DNA of 63,570 bases, counting the filler, from Octopus bimaculoides (lineage: Eukaryota), in the NCBI RefSeq assembly GCF_001194135.2. It is 6 parts of 5 records of this genome, joined end to end, with 100 filler letters (N's around TTAATTAATTAA, not from the genome) between each part and the next. Parts side by side here need not be neighbours in the genome. Positions count along the whole stretch, not along the records: positions 38,821 to 52,943 come from NC_068997.1; positions 53,044 to 58,613 come from NC_069000.1; positions 58,714 to 62,364 come from NC_068997.1; positions 62,465 to 63,570 come from NC_069006.1; 2 more parts are not named here. The stretch is one strand, 5' to 3'. Positions within the stretch are counted from its first letter, which is position 1; each line of letters opens with the position of its first letter. Made by a program: the position numbers and the translations under genes. Below, one piece after another: positions 51,908 to 63,570 of the stretch. The notes below the pieces were generated by a model, which was not told the origin of the DNA, did not search any database, and saw only the letters and a program-made list of their open reading frames with translations.

Positions 51908-52602
51908 CCACGCGTGTATAAACGCACACATGATGACTGTCTGTCTACTCGTTAGCCGAGCATGATGACCAGCTCTGACAGGTTGACTTAACAAATTGTT
52001 TCCACGAACGTAAAATCAGCAGTGATTCATGAAACCAGCGAGCGACTTATAGAGTTTGCTACAAGCTCTGCAAACTAAACCCGTGTTTTCCGCCTGACAG
52101 TTAGGCCTCTCAGGTGGAGGATCATTATGGGTTTCCAAATGTCCCGTGAGACTGGCATTAAAGATATTCATTCTGACGAAAACTGAGCGATGTAATCGCC
52201 AAAACACATTGTGAAGTACTTCTCTTCTTTGTGCATACACGTAAATTGTGCAGTTATCAAAGTTCAAATTAGAATGAAAAGAGAAGTATCGCTTGATCAA
52301 ATATTAGCTATAATGTTGTTCCAACCGTTTCATTACCATATGTAATCAATGGTATACACTTTAAAGTGTCCATCTAATTTTTATTTTTTGACTGTTATTT
52401 GTTTCAGCCATTGGACTGCAGCCATAACGAAGCAGAGTCTTGAAGGGTTCATATATATGGGTATGTGTGCGTGTGTGTGTGTTTGTGTTTATTTTATTTT
52501 TATTTTCGTTTTTATTTTCATTATTATTATTACCATTATCATCATCATCATCATCACCATCATTATTATTATTATTATCATTATTATTATTATTATTATT
52601 AT

Positions 52603-52943
52603 TCAGTAGTTTTATTTTTATAACGTGCTTTCACTTCACTACCGAGCGCAGCTCTGTGCGCCTTGGGTATGTGCTGTGGTTTGCTGTGGTGCTCTTATGT
52701 TTACTGTATTGAAAGTGTTTTGCGTAGAATGTGTGCAGTACCCAGTAGTGCAATTTTCTGTATGTTATATATATTTGTAAGTCCTGGTGTTTTTGTTATG
52801 TATTTGTCTGAATATTTTTTTATTATACCTAAGGCACCTACTATGATAGGAATTGTTTCTGTTTTTAGATTCCACATTCGAGTTATCTCTATTTCCAGGT
52901 CTTTGTATTTTGAAAGTTTTTCCATTTCTTTTAGAGAAATGTT
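52603..52943 (-). mobile_element. Well-preserved RLE LINE 3' end running into (TAA)n
   Basis: Intact EKLSKYKDLEIEITRMWNLKTETIPIIVGALG...ALLGTAHILRKTL; 3' end abuts a TAA tract; 5' side cut by a gap. Confidence 0.8.
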
Positions 52944-53049
52944 NNNNNNNNNNNNNNNNNNNNNNNNNNNNNNNNNNNNNNNNNNNNTTAATTAATTAAN
53001 NNNNNNNNNNNNNNNNNNNNNNNNNNNNNNNNNNNNNNNNNNNTTAAAA

Positions 53050-53201
53050 TACAGGTACCATTCATTTTTGCCAGCTGAGTGGACTGGAGCAACGTGAAAT
53101 AACGTGTCTTGCTCAAGGACACAACGCGTCGCCGGGAATTGAACTCACGACCTTAGGATCGTGAGCCGAATGCCCCCAAGCACTAAGCCACGCGCCTTCA
53201 C
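53050..53201 (-). mobile_element. tRNA-derived SINE 5' part
   Basis: gtggcttagtg...gagttcaattcccggc box A/B-like head followed by gtgtccttgagcaagacac. Confidence 0.7.
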
Positions 53202-53479
53202 TGGAGTAATACTACTTTCAGGAGAGGACTTTAATCAATAATCAATCACATCGATCTCAATACTTATTTCCGCCTGGTCGTATGTGATCGATATTCGTTT
53301 ATCGAAAGGCTAAATTCTCCTTCAGCGTAATGAGATGCAATTCAACACAGTTTTACTTATTTACTTATATATACATAGTCTTTAACTTGTCTTAACCATC
53401 AAGATGCGAACCCGGAAATAGAGGCCCACGTTTGATTTTTAATGGTATTTGTGACAAATCTAGTCGACTTCTTTTGAGA

Positions 53480-54120
53480 CGTGGTGCTGTTACTTTGCGC
53501 TGATCCCAGTAGATAAGCTCTTAACAACTGCCCTGAGTACCTGATCATAAATAGGACCCTTCTCCATGGGCTTTTATGTAGCTACTGAAATGGTCTAAGG
53601 ATTCTCTTTCAGACCAGAGCGATAAGAACGATGTCCCACTCTTACCCTAGATGTGAAGATTAACAGTGCTTGGCTATGAACTTATGTAGTCTGGATAAGA
53701 AACCGAACATTATAGAAATCGGTCTACAGGATATCTGACCAACTAGTTCTTACTGCAAACTCTCTAATTTTGCTTGTGCTTCCTGTTGCCGGAGCCGCCC
53801 GTTCTGCTCTCTCAGCCTCCCTTTACATCTGTTCTAACCGTCTTCTGAATGATATAATCTCACTCTCTCTCTTTGTCCTGGGCCTTGTCAACCAAGCTCT
53901 TTGGATAGAATCCCAGGCTTATCCTTTCACTTCTCCTGCTCGTTTTGCTTTACACGTGATTCTGCCGCTTGAAATGCCTTCTCTGTCTTCTAGTGTCTCC
54001 TTTTTCTCACTCTGATACCAGCTGATGACACTTTCTGGTCCATTGACTCCATGTACCTGTAAGACTTCTATCGCTCATGTTACCATAATGTTTTCCCTGG
54101 AGTTACTCACTGGGAGCTGC
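53480..54120 (-). mobile_element. HERO-like RLE non-LTR fragment
   Basis: Minus-strand EKAFQAAESRV and YDQVLRAV resemble HERO-clade motifs as I recall them; heavily decayed. Confidence 0.45.
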
Positions 54121-56527
54121 AAAGTCGAGTTTGCCTTTAACCCTTTCGGGGTTTACGCTTATGATGTTATTGTTTAGATACCCACACCTCACACTCCAAT
54201 TCACCCCGGAACAAATCCACAATCAATGGTATTCTTGCTATGATCCTCTTATCTTATATATCAAGGAATACAGTGTCCCATGTGTTTATTTTATTTCATT
54301 TTATTTCATTTATGTAAAACAGTGGAGCGGGAGATCTGAGGGATTTTGGCTGCTATTTGTAGCACATCGAACAACGATACAGAATCACCCTCGTTGGCTC
54401 GTAATTACTGTTGATGTTGCTTTTTTTTTTTAGCCCTGTTTGTTTCCTTCACATTGTATTAACAAACACCACCAACTCCCCCACCCCCATTTGCAGTTTG
54501 TCTTTGTAATGTCTCCTCCTTCGTAACCCTTATGGCAAATACAAAACAAAACAAACAAAAAAAAGCCACTGTAATTTTCATTTGTTACTAATATCATGGC
54601 CAAGGTGGTAAGCTGACAGAATTGGTGGCACACAGGGCAAAATACTTAACGGCATTTCAAATTCCGGAGTTCAAATTCCGCCGAGGTCGACTCTACCTAT
54701 CATCCTTTCGGGGTCGATAAAATAAGTACCAGCTGAGTACTAGGTCGATGCAATTGGCTTATCCACACTTCTGAACTTGCTGACCTTGTGCCATAATTTG
54801 AAACCAATATCGTAACCAAGGTAACAAGTTGGTAGAAAGCCGGGCAAAATGCTTAGCGATGTCCGTTCTGAGTTCAAATTCCGCCGAGGCCAACTTTGCC
54901 TTTCATCCTTCCGGGGTCGATAAAATAAGTACCAGTTGAACACTGGGATCGATATAATCGACTCATCCCCTTCCCCAGAATTGCTGCCCTTGTGGAAACA
55001 TTTGAAACCATAGTTATTATTATTAATCTTAGAATCGTTAGCACGCTGGACGAAATGCTTAGCGGCATTTCGCCCGTCGCTACGTTCTGAGTTCAAATTC
55101 CGCGAGGTCGACTTCGCCTTTCATCCTTTCGAGGTCGATAAATTAAATACCAGTTGTGTATTGGAGTCGACCTAATCGACTGGGCCCCCTCCCACCCCAA
55201 TTTCAGGCCTTGTGCCTATAATAGAAAGGATTATTGTTATTATTTTCTGGCGCCCTAGGATTCACAAGTCCGGTAAACCAGTTTCCATAGCACTTAAGTA
55301 ACCGGAATCAAAGCATTTCCCCTGAATGGGACTGAAGTCAGCTGTAGGGTTCAAAGCTAGCGATTTTCGAAAACGTAAAAGAGCCGAAAGAATTACTGTC
55401 CGACATGCTAACGATTTTGTCAAATCACCACCTTATCATNNNNNNNNNNNNNNNNNNNNNNNNNNNNNNNNNNNNNNNNNNNNNNNNNNNNNNNNNNNNN
55501 NNNNNNNNNNNNNNNNNNNNNNNNNNNNNNNNNNNNNNNNNNNNNNNNNNNNNNNNNNNNNNNNNNNNNNNNNNNNNNNNNNNNNNNNNNNNNNNNNNNN
55601 NNNNNNNNNNNNNNNNNNNNNNNNNNNNNNNNNNNNNNNNNNNNNNNNNNNNNNNNNNNNNNNNNNNNNNNNNNNNNNNNNNNNNNNNNNNNNNNNNNNN
55701 NNNNNNNNNNNNNNNNNNNNNNNNNNNNNNNNNNNNNNNNNNNNNNNNNNNNNNNNNNNNNNNNNNNNNNNNNNNNNNNNNNNNNNNNNNNNNNNNNNNN
55801 NNNNNNNNNNNNNNNNNNNNNNNNNNNNNNNNNNNNNNNNNNNNNNNNNNNNNNNNNNNNNNNNNNNNNNNNNNNNNNNNNNNNNNNNNNNNNNNNNNNN
55901 NNNNNNNNNNNNNNNNNNNNNNNNNNNNNNNNNNNNNNNNNNNNNNNNNNNNNNNNNNNNNNNNNNNNNNNNNNNNNNNNNNNNNNNNNNNNNNNNNNNN
56001 NNNNNNNNNNNNNNNNNNNNNNNNNNNNNNNNNNNNNNNNNNNNNNNNNNNNNNNNNNNNNNNNNNNNNNNNNNNNNNNNNNNNNNNNNNNNNNNNNNNN
56101 NNNNNNNNNNNNNNNNNNNNNNNNNNNNNNNNNNNNNNNNNNNNNNNNNNNNNNNNNNNNNNNNNNNNNNNNNNNNNNNNNNNNNNNNNNNNNNNNNNNN
56201 NNNNNNNNNNNNNNNNNNNNNNNNNNNNNNNNNNNNNNNNNNNNNNNNNNNNNNNNNNNNNNNNNNNNNNNNNNNNNNNNNNNNNNNNNNNNNNNNNNNN
56301 NNNNNNNNNNNNNNNNNNNNNNNNNNNNNNNNNNNNNNNNNGCTTTTATCTTTATTTTCTAGAAAAAAAAATTAAGGTATGGCTGTGGTAAGAAGCTTGC
56401 TTTCCAACCATGTAGTTCTGGGTTCAGTCCCACTGCGTGACACCTTGGGTGACTGTCTTGTACTATAGCCTCGGGCCGAGTAAAGCCTTTGTAAGTGGAT
56501 TTGGTAGGCGGAAGGGAAAGAAGCCCG

Positions 56528-56592
<65 letters not shown>

Positions 56593-56637
56593 TTAAACAG
56601 ATGTATTAGTTTGACGCTCATGGAGAATGGAAAAGTT

Positions 56638-56671
56638 TTTGACGTTTCAAGCCTATGCTCTTCGACAGAAA
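56638..56671 (-). ncRNA. Hammerhead-like motif, A6U core variant (copy 3)
   Basis: UUU-CUGUCGA-A-GAGC(auag)GCUU-GAAACGU-C-AAA; GUC triplet. Confidence 0.5.
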
Positions 56672-56701
56672 GGAATGAGATTAAAAAGAATGAGAGGAAA
56701 A

Positions 56702-56743
<42 letters not shown>

Positions 56744-57108
56744 GGGACAGAGAGAGAAAACGGAAAGAGGAAAAATGTGTCGGGATTAACAATTTAACAT
56801 AATGAGATATATACATGTGTCTGTCCGCCACCGGTGTTGGTGTGTTTACATCCCAACTTAGAGGTCGGGTAAATGAGACCGATGGAATAAGTACCAGGCT
56901 TAGAACAAAAATATGTCTTGGGGTTGATCCATTCGACTGACATTTCTTCAATGCGGTGCCCCAGCATGGCCGCAGTCTAATAACTGAAACAAGCTGGTTG
57001 AATCGTTAGCGCGAAGGACAAAGTTGATAAGTGGCATACCTTCCGGCTCTTTACGTTCTGGATTCGAATCCTACCGAGGTCAACTTTGCATCTCACACAT
57101 TCCGGATC

Positions 57109-57341
57109 AATAGGGTTGTCCGGAAAGTTCGTGCCGATTTATAGTAGCATACCTTTCGACTTATTTGCCATGAAACCACCTCGATTCTGGGAAGAGGGTA
57201 TTTTTCAAGTTAAAGGAAAGATGGAGACGCATTGTGCAACAAAATGGTTCATATTTGGTTAATTAAAAATGTAATGGCAAGTATTTATTGACCTTTTTCT
57301 TTCCTTTAAAAATCGGCACGAACTTTCCGGACAACTCAATA
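57109..57341 (+). mobile_element. Mariner-derived MITE with both TIRs, inserted in a SINE
   Basis: gttgtccggaaagttcgtgccgattt (left) is the exact inverse of aaatcggcacgaactttccggacaac (right); interior encodes a transposase tail ...ERWRRIVQQNGSYLVN*. Confidence 0.85.
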
Positions 57342-57672
57342 CAATACTGGGTCAAGTACTGGGTCGATGTAATCAAATTGTCCCCTTCATCTTCAAAAGA
57401 TGCTGGCGTTGAACCTTACAACGGACCGGGCTTCCCGTTCGCTGGCAATATTGTGATCTCACTCAAGGCGGCGAGCTGGCAGAATCGTTAGCACGCAGGG
57501 CGAAATGCTTAGCGGTATTTCGCCTGTCTTTACGTTCTGAGTTCAAATTCCGCCGAAAATTTCGAGCCTTGTGCCTAGAGTGGAAAAGAATGTTGTGATC
57601 TTGCTCAGTCACACACCACGGAAACTGGGTAACCAGCCTAATGAGTCCTAGGGCTCAAGAAGCACACAGAAC

Positions 57673-57737
<65 letters not shown>

Positions 57738-57773
57738 AGCCAATTAATCTATCTGTGCCCACCATGTTCTTTA

Positions 57774-58166
57774 TTGTTGTTATTGGCACTCCGTCGCTTA
57801 CGACGTCGAGGGTTCCAGTTGATCCGATCAACGGAACAGCCTGCTCGTGAATTTAAAGTGCAAATGGCTGAGCACTCCACAGACACGTGTACCCTTAACG
57901 TAGTTCTCGGGGAGATTCAGCGTAACACAGAGTGTGACATAGCTGGCCCTTTGAAAATACAGGCACAACATAAACAGGAAGTAAGAGTGAGAGAAAGTTG
58001 TGGCGAAAGAATACAGCAGGGTTCGCCACCATCCCCTGCCGGAGCCTCGTGGAGCTTTAGGTGTTTTCTCTCAATAAACACTCACAACACCCTGTCTGGG
58101 AATCGAAACCGCGATCCTATGACCGCGAGTCCGCTGCCTTAACCTCTGGGCCATTGCGCCTCCACT
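57774..58166 (-). mobile_element. tRNA-SINE family D (also 58715-59049 minus, 34869-35089 plus)
   Basis: Head ggaggcgcaatggcccag.ggtta.ggcagcggactcgcggtc...tcgattccc; shared body acgttaagggtacacgtgtctgtggagtgctcagcca. Confidence 0.88.
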
Positions 58167-59147
58167 ACGAAAACTATAGCAGCTAAACAAATGGCCTTCC
58201 CGAAATGCATTATAACAATCTTGTATAACTATTTCAGAAAATTATCGCCGCTGTCTTTGAGCATATGAAAACAAATTTAGCTGGGGCAAAATGAGTAAGC
58301 CAAAATAAGGTAAATTTGTCTCTTCAGTTCTCCAGAATCGCATTTGAAGAGTCTCATACACATTAATATCCATCCATAGACACCAGAAAGATCGGAAATG
58401 CAAAAAATAAATTTTGATATGTAGATCAAATGAAAGAGGATCATGGAAAAGTGGCACCTAGTATGAAATTAACGAAACTTGACTAAATATTAAAAAAAAA
58501 ACTCAACATAAAATATTCTCTGTAGCTTCTTCACAATCTGCTGGAGTGTCTGTCCTCCCGATGTAGTTACACACCATGCGGTAAAAAAGGAAGAAATCAT
58601 TGAAATTAGTCATNNNNNNNNNNNNNNNNNNNNNNNNNNNNNNNNNNNNNNNNNNNNTTAATTAATTAANNNNNNNNNNNNNNNNNNNNNNNNNNNNNNN
58701 NNNNNNNNNNNNNATCAACGGAACAGCCTGCTCGTGAAATTAACGTGCAAGTGGCTGAGCACTCCACAGACACGTGTACCCTTAACGTAGTTCTCGGAGA
58801 TATTCAGCGTGACACAAAGTGTGACAAGGCTGACCCTTTGAATTACAGGCACAACAGATACAGGAAGTAAGAGTGAGAGAAAATTGTGGTGAAAGAGTAC
58901 AGCAGGGTTCACCACCATCCCCTGCCGGAGCCTCGTGGAGCTTTAGGTGTTTTCGCTCAATAAACACTCACGACACCCGGTCTGGGAATCGAAACCGCGA
59001 TCCTATGACCACGATTCCGCTGCCCTAACCACTGGACCATTGCGCCTCCACCAGCTGTCCACAGCCAGTAGACTAAAGTGACTCTTGTTTTACTGGTCAT
59101 GCTTCAAGAACCCTGCGAAGAATTCCTGCAGTTCCAAGCAATGCGAA

Positions 59148-59180
<33 letters not shown>

Positions 59181-61006
59181 GAGTGACAGAGCAGTGAATG
59201 CTATCAAAGTGACATTGGGGTAAAATATACAAAGCCAAGTATACCCATCATGACTACCCGTCTGATAACGGTACACCAGGCACGTCCATCACAATCATAT
59301 GTGCGGACATGGTGACCTTATATCAAGATAAACAGCGCATAACCCTGCAGATGGGGCCCAGTTAGAATTTACCTCAGGTCGAGTAGCCCATCCCACTCAA
59401 AAGAGCCCTGAATAAGGGTTGTTTAAGAATGTTGAACGAAACACTCATGTTTCCAAAGGTGAATTATCCAAACCCCAAAGAATTCCTCTCAACACATGGC
59501 TATGATGCTCCCCCACTACTTCTGTTCATGATCCGAGATGAATATATTGGTACTCCTGGTAAGTAGGGAGATCTTTGATGGTCCCCTAGGTGGGGTTCTT
59601 TGGTTGCCCATAGATAGAGCTTTCTCCACTGGGGAATTTTGTTATTAGAATTTTCTTCCTAGTTGTCGTTTTCTCGTGTTTATGTAACTCTTCATTTTCT
59701 GTTGTCATCGATTTGTCGTGAATGCTTTTACAGCCTTTTGTGGGCAATAAAGAAAGCGTTAGGATTCTCATTATCATCACCATTTCATCGAGCAGAATCG
59801 TTAGTACGTCGGACAAAATGTTGAGTAGCATTTATTCCAGATCTTTACGTTCTGAGTTCAAATTCCACCGAAGTTGACTTTGCGTTTCATCTTTCAGGGT
59901 AAAAAAATATTAGAAACAGCCAATGATCAATGTTGATGTAACCGACTTACTCACTTCCACTAAATTTGCTGGCCACGTACCAAAATTTGATATCATTATT
60001 ATGAATTTTGCTTTTGTAAGTTTAGTTAGAAATACAATTAAAATTAAGCTAACAAGATCATTGTACCCAAAAGCTGCCATTATTTCTAAAAAAAGGAAAA
60101 GCGGGGTTAATGATATTTTTATGCAGCTTTATTTAAAATGGCAAAGATTTGCATAAGTTGTTAATATTGATTCAAAGCAGTTCCATTATCGCATTTATTT
60201 ATAATAATTTCTATTAAAATTTGTATAAATTTTATTATAAAAATTGCAACACCAAAAACAAAAAAGCAAAATTCCGGGCGAAAAAGATTATAGTGCTGCA
60301 AAACGTATTCACGTATTTAAGACACAACGATCAATATCCCAGCAAATCGTATTTTATAGTCTTGTTTTCGTTGCCTTTTCGGGTTTTTATGGTCGTTACT
60401 TATTATCATCGACTACTTATATATTACTATTGACAACTTGCTCATGTTTTATTATCGTGTTCTTTTGACTTTTCGTCTTTTTATAGTTAGCTTTTTTTTT
60501 TCCTCAGCTTTCTGGTGTTTTAGCAACAATATTGTAATAATTAGTATTTGTGAACGTACACGAATAACTCGTTTGCGAATTGATTAGTAATTAAAGGAAA
60601 AGAAGCAGAAAATTATATTAAAAAAAATAAGCTTCCCCTTGGTTACTAATAATGTATTTTATTTATATCAAAGAAAACCGGAATAACTGAAGGAGCTTCA
60701 TCATATTACCGTTGATTAATAATCAAATTACACACAATATTACGAAAATTAAAATTATTTCAAATTCTGTGCCAATATTTAATTTCCAGCCTTTGATTAC
60801 TGATTGAATCAATTTCGTTTTTAAATTAATTTAATTTAGAAAATAGTAGGAATAATTGGAAAGATTAATTGTTTTTAAATATAAAGCTGGGGATTGTTTA
60901 ACTGTTAAGTGAATTGTTTTGATCATCCGGTTCATATACTTAAGGCAAAGCTTCGAAAACAGAATTACTTTTAACTATCTATATAAAATATCGATGCACA
61001 CTTTAC

Positions 61007-61050
<44 letters not shown>

Positions 61051-61392
61051 GTCTGTTTGTCTGCCTGCCTGCCTATTAAAAATCAACATAAATTGGAAAG
61101 AGACTTTTCATGCCGAAATATCAGTTTAGATAAATTGTTTCGTTTCTATAGCATAGTGAATTCTAACAGCAAAACAGAAGACTAGCAGACGTTGATTAAA
61201 GCCGTCTTTTCTAGTTTCAAGATTGGAAGCCTAACATTCTCTTCTTCTTCTTTCCTTCTCCCCCTCTACCAAACAATGCCCTGTATTTTCCATCTAGTGA
61301 CATCGATTATACAATTTTCTTGACATTCCATATTACTCTCTAAAACCCTCTATTTTCTTAGTTTCCTTTCTCTTCATGTATCTATCTGTTTG

Positions 61393-61423
<31 letters not shown>

Positions 61424-62509
61424 GTCTGTCTGTCTGTCAGTACATCTGTCAGTCAGTCTGTCTGTCTGCTGGCTGTCTATCTACCTATCTTCATCTATCT
61501 ACCTATTATTCAATCAAGCTATCTATCTCTCTATCTATCTATATTTATCAATTTATCTATCTAACTACCTACACACCTACCTACCTATTTATTTATTTTG
61601 TCCCTTTCTATCACCCTCTCTGTTGCTGTTCTCTTGACAATTACCCTGTCTTTAAATACCTATCTCTGTTGTCTTTAGCTTCCTTCTCAATTCAATATAC
61701 CCTGTCTCCCATTCATTTCATTACTATCTCTCTATAAACCATTTAAACGCACTCACACACACACACATACACACACACACACACACACACATAATTTACA
61801 TGCATAACCTGAAACCTTCTCTAATTTTTCCTACACTAATTGGGAATTCATCTCCATAATCATATATCTTTCTCTCTCTCTTTCCCTATTAAAGAACTCA
61901 ATACCTAGTTAAGATATAGTAGAATATAAATTATTCATTATAACTAAATATGTTATACGAACACGTTCAATACTGAATATGGTGGTATTGACCAGCGTTT
62001 CGTTAGTGATCATAATATTTAGCTGTGACACACAAAAACATACAAAACACACGCATGAACACATGTGAGCATATTCATTCGTTTTGAGTCTGTTTTCCAA
62101 TACTGGAATGGATTAGATGAATGCTTATTAATGAGGCAATATTTTATCGCCTCTTCCTTTCACTAATGTTTACTTATTGTGGCGATAATATAAAACATCA
62201 TGCTCATCATCATCATCACCATCACCATCACCACCATATTCATTTAACATCTACTTTTCATGCTGGTACGGGTCGCATAATTTGACCGTATCTGATGAAA
62301 GAGAATGGGTCAAGTTTGGCCTGCCTTGACTAAGTTTCTCCAAATGGATGCCCTTTTTAATGCTNNNNNNNNNNNNNNNNNNNNNNNNNNNNNNNNNNNN
62401 NNNNNNNNTTAATTAATTAANNNNNNNNNNNNNNNNNNNNNNNNNNNNNNNNNNNNNNNNNNNNATATATATATATATATATATAAATATATATATATAC
62501 ACACATATG

Positions 62510-62662
62510 TATTAAGAAAAAGAAGGTAATCAGAATTTTGGTTAATTCTTTATTTAGTGCTTTCATCTCATTCCAGAGTCTCACCATTCTTCATGATTCT
62601 TTGAATCAAGATGAATAATAAAGAATTATCCAAAATTCTAACTGCCTCCTTTTTCTAAATAT
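62510..62662. mobile_element. Tc1/mariner-like MITE
   Basis: About 43-bp imperfect TIRs (62510-62552 and 62619-62662) with TA ends. Confidence 0.6.
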
Positions 62663-63342
62663 ATAAAATCTGCACACCACTTCAGACAATCTACAGACAC
62701 ACACACGCATACGCACATACATACATGTTGTACACTGTATAAACACTTTTTATTTCCAGTAAAGAAAAGGTTTTCTCAATGATGATGATGATAATAAATG
62801 TCATTGATAACGACAATAATGGTGGTGGTGGTGGTGGTAGTGGTGGTGGTGTCAGTAAACAAGGATGGATGATGATTCGTTTATAGGGGGAAGGTTTAGC
62901 AGAAGGTTTGATGTGATTGTTAACTATGTTCTCTTGTGTCCATCCATACATAGATCTGTATGTAGGAGTGTGTGCGTGTGTAGATGTATGTATGTATGTG
63001 TATCTATATAGAAAGATAGATATACATACACGCACATATGCATATAAACACATACACAAATATATATATATGTATATACATATACATGCACACATATATA
63101 TGTATACATATATTCACACTCATATATATACATATGCATATTCACAAATATATATACATACATATGCACACACGCACACATATATACAATTACACATATA
63201 TCTCTTTACAAACACACACATATACACAGACAAGGAATGATCTTGGACTGGTAAATACACACACACACATGCACACCCACACACACACTCACACACACCT
63301 ATACACACACACAGCTACACACACACACCTCTACACACACAC

Positions 63343-63388
<46 letters not shown>

Positions 63389-63570
63389 ATGTATGTATGT
63401 GCAAAGAATTTCTGCTTGAGATGTTTCATGCCAGTGATGAGATGATGTTTGAGCAAAGACAAAAGAAACCAGAGCGAAAAATTGTAAAGTTTGTTATCTT
63501 CAGATCAATACGGAAACCAAAACCAATACACCGATATCAATATATCAACATTGATATCATTCCAATTAAA

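Overview
Gappy, microsatellite-saturated animal genomic DNA, most likely an octopus scaffold (inferred from the repeat families, not proven). Nearly all long ORFs in the track are microsatellite or N-gap artefacts. Host coding content I can support: (1) two small secreted Cys-rich proteins, each split over four exons joined by phase-1 introns and so missed by the ORF track; they sit head-to-head (gene A, minus, ATG 8810; gene B, plus, ATG 11670, 200 aa complete) and resemble DUF4773 proteins; (2) the first coding exon of an NK4/tinman (Nkx2-5-like) homeobox gene (minus, 33802-33340, TN motif TPFSVKDILN), whose homeobox exon is not in the called bases. The rest is repeat: at least four interspersed families (three clearly tRNA-headed SINEs), mariner fossils and MITEs, RLE-type LINE fragments and Penelope-like fragments. 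The most striking unexplained signal is a set of hammerhead-ribozyme motifs: a complete type I hammerhead at 1081-1142, a minimal Penelope-type hammerhead inside a TSD-flanked tRNA-SINE at 46471-46516, and three copies sharing a non-canonical CUGUNGA core (A6U). All ribozyme structures were folded by eye and none is tested.
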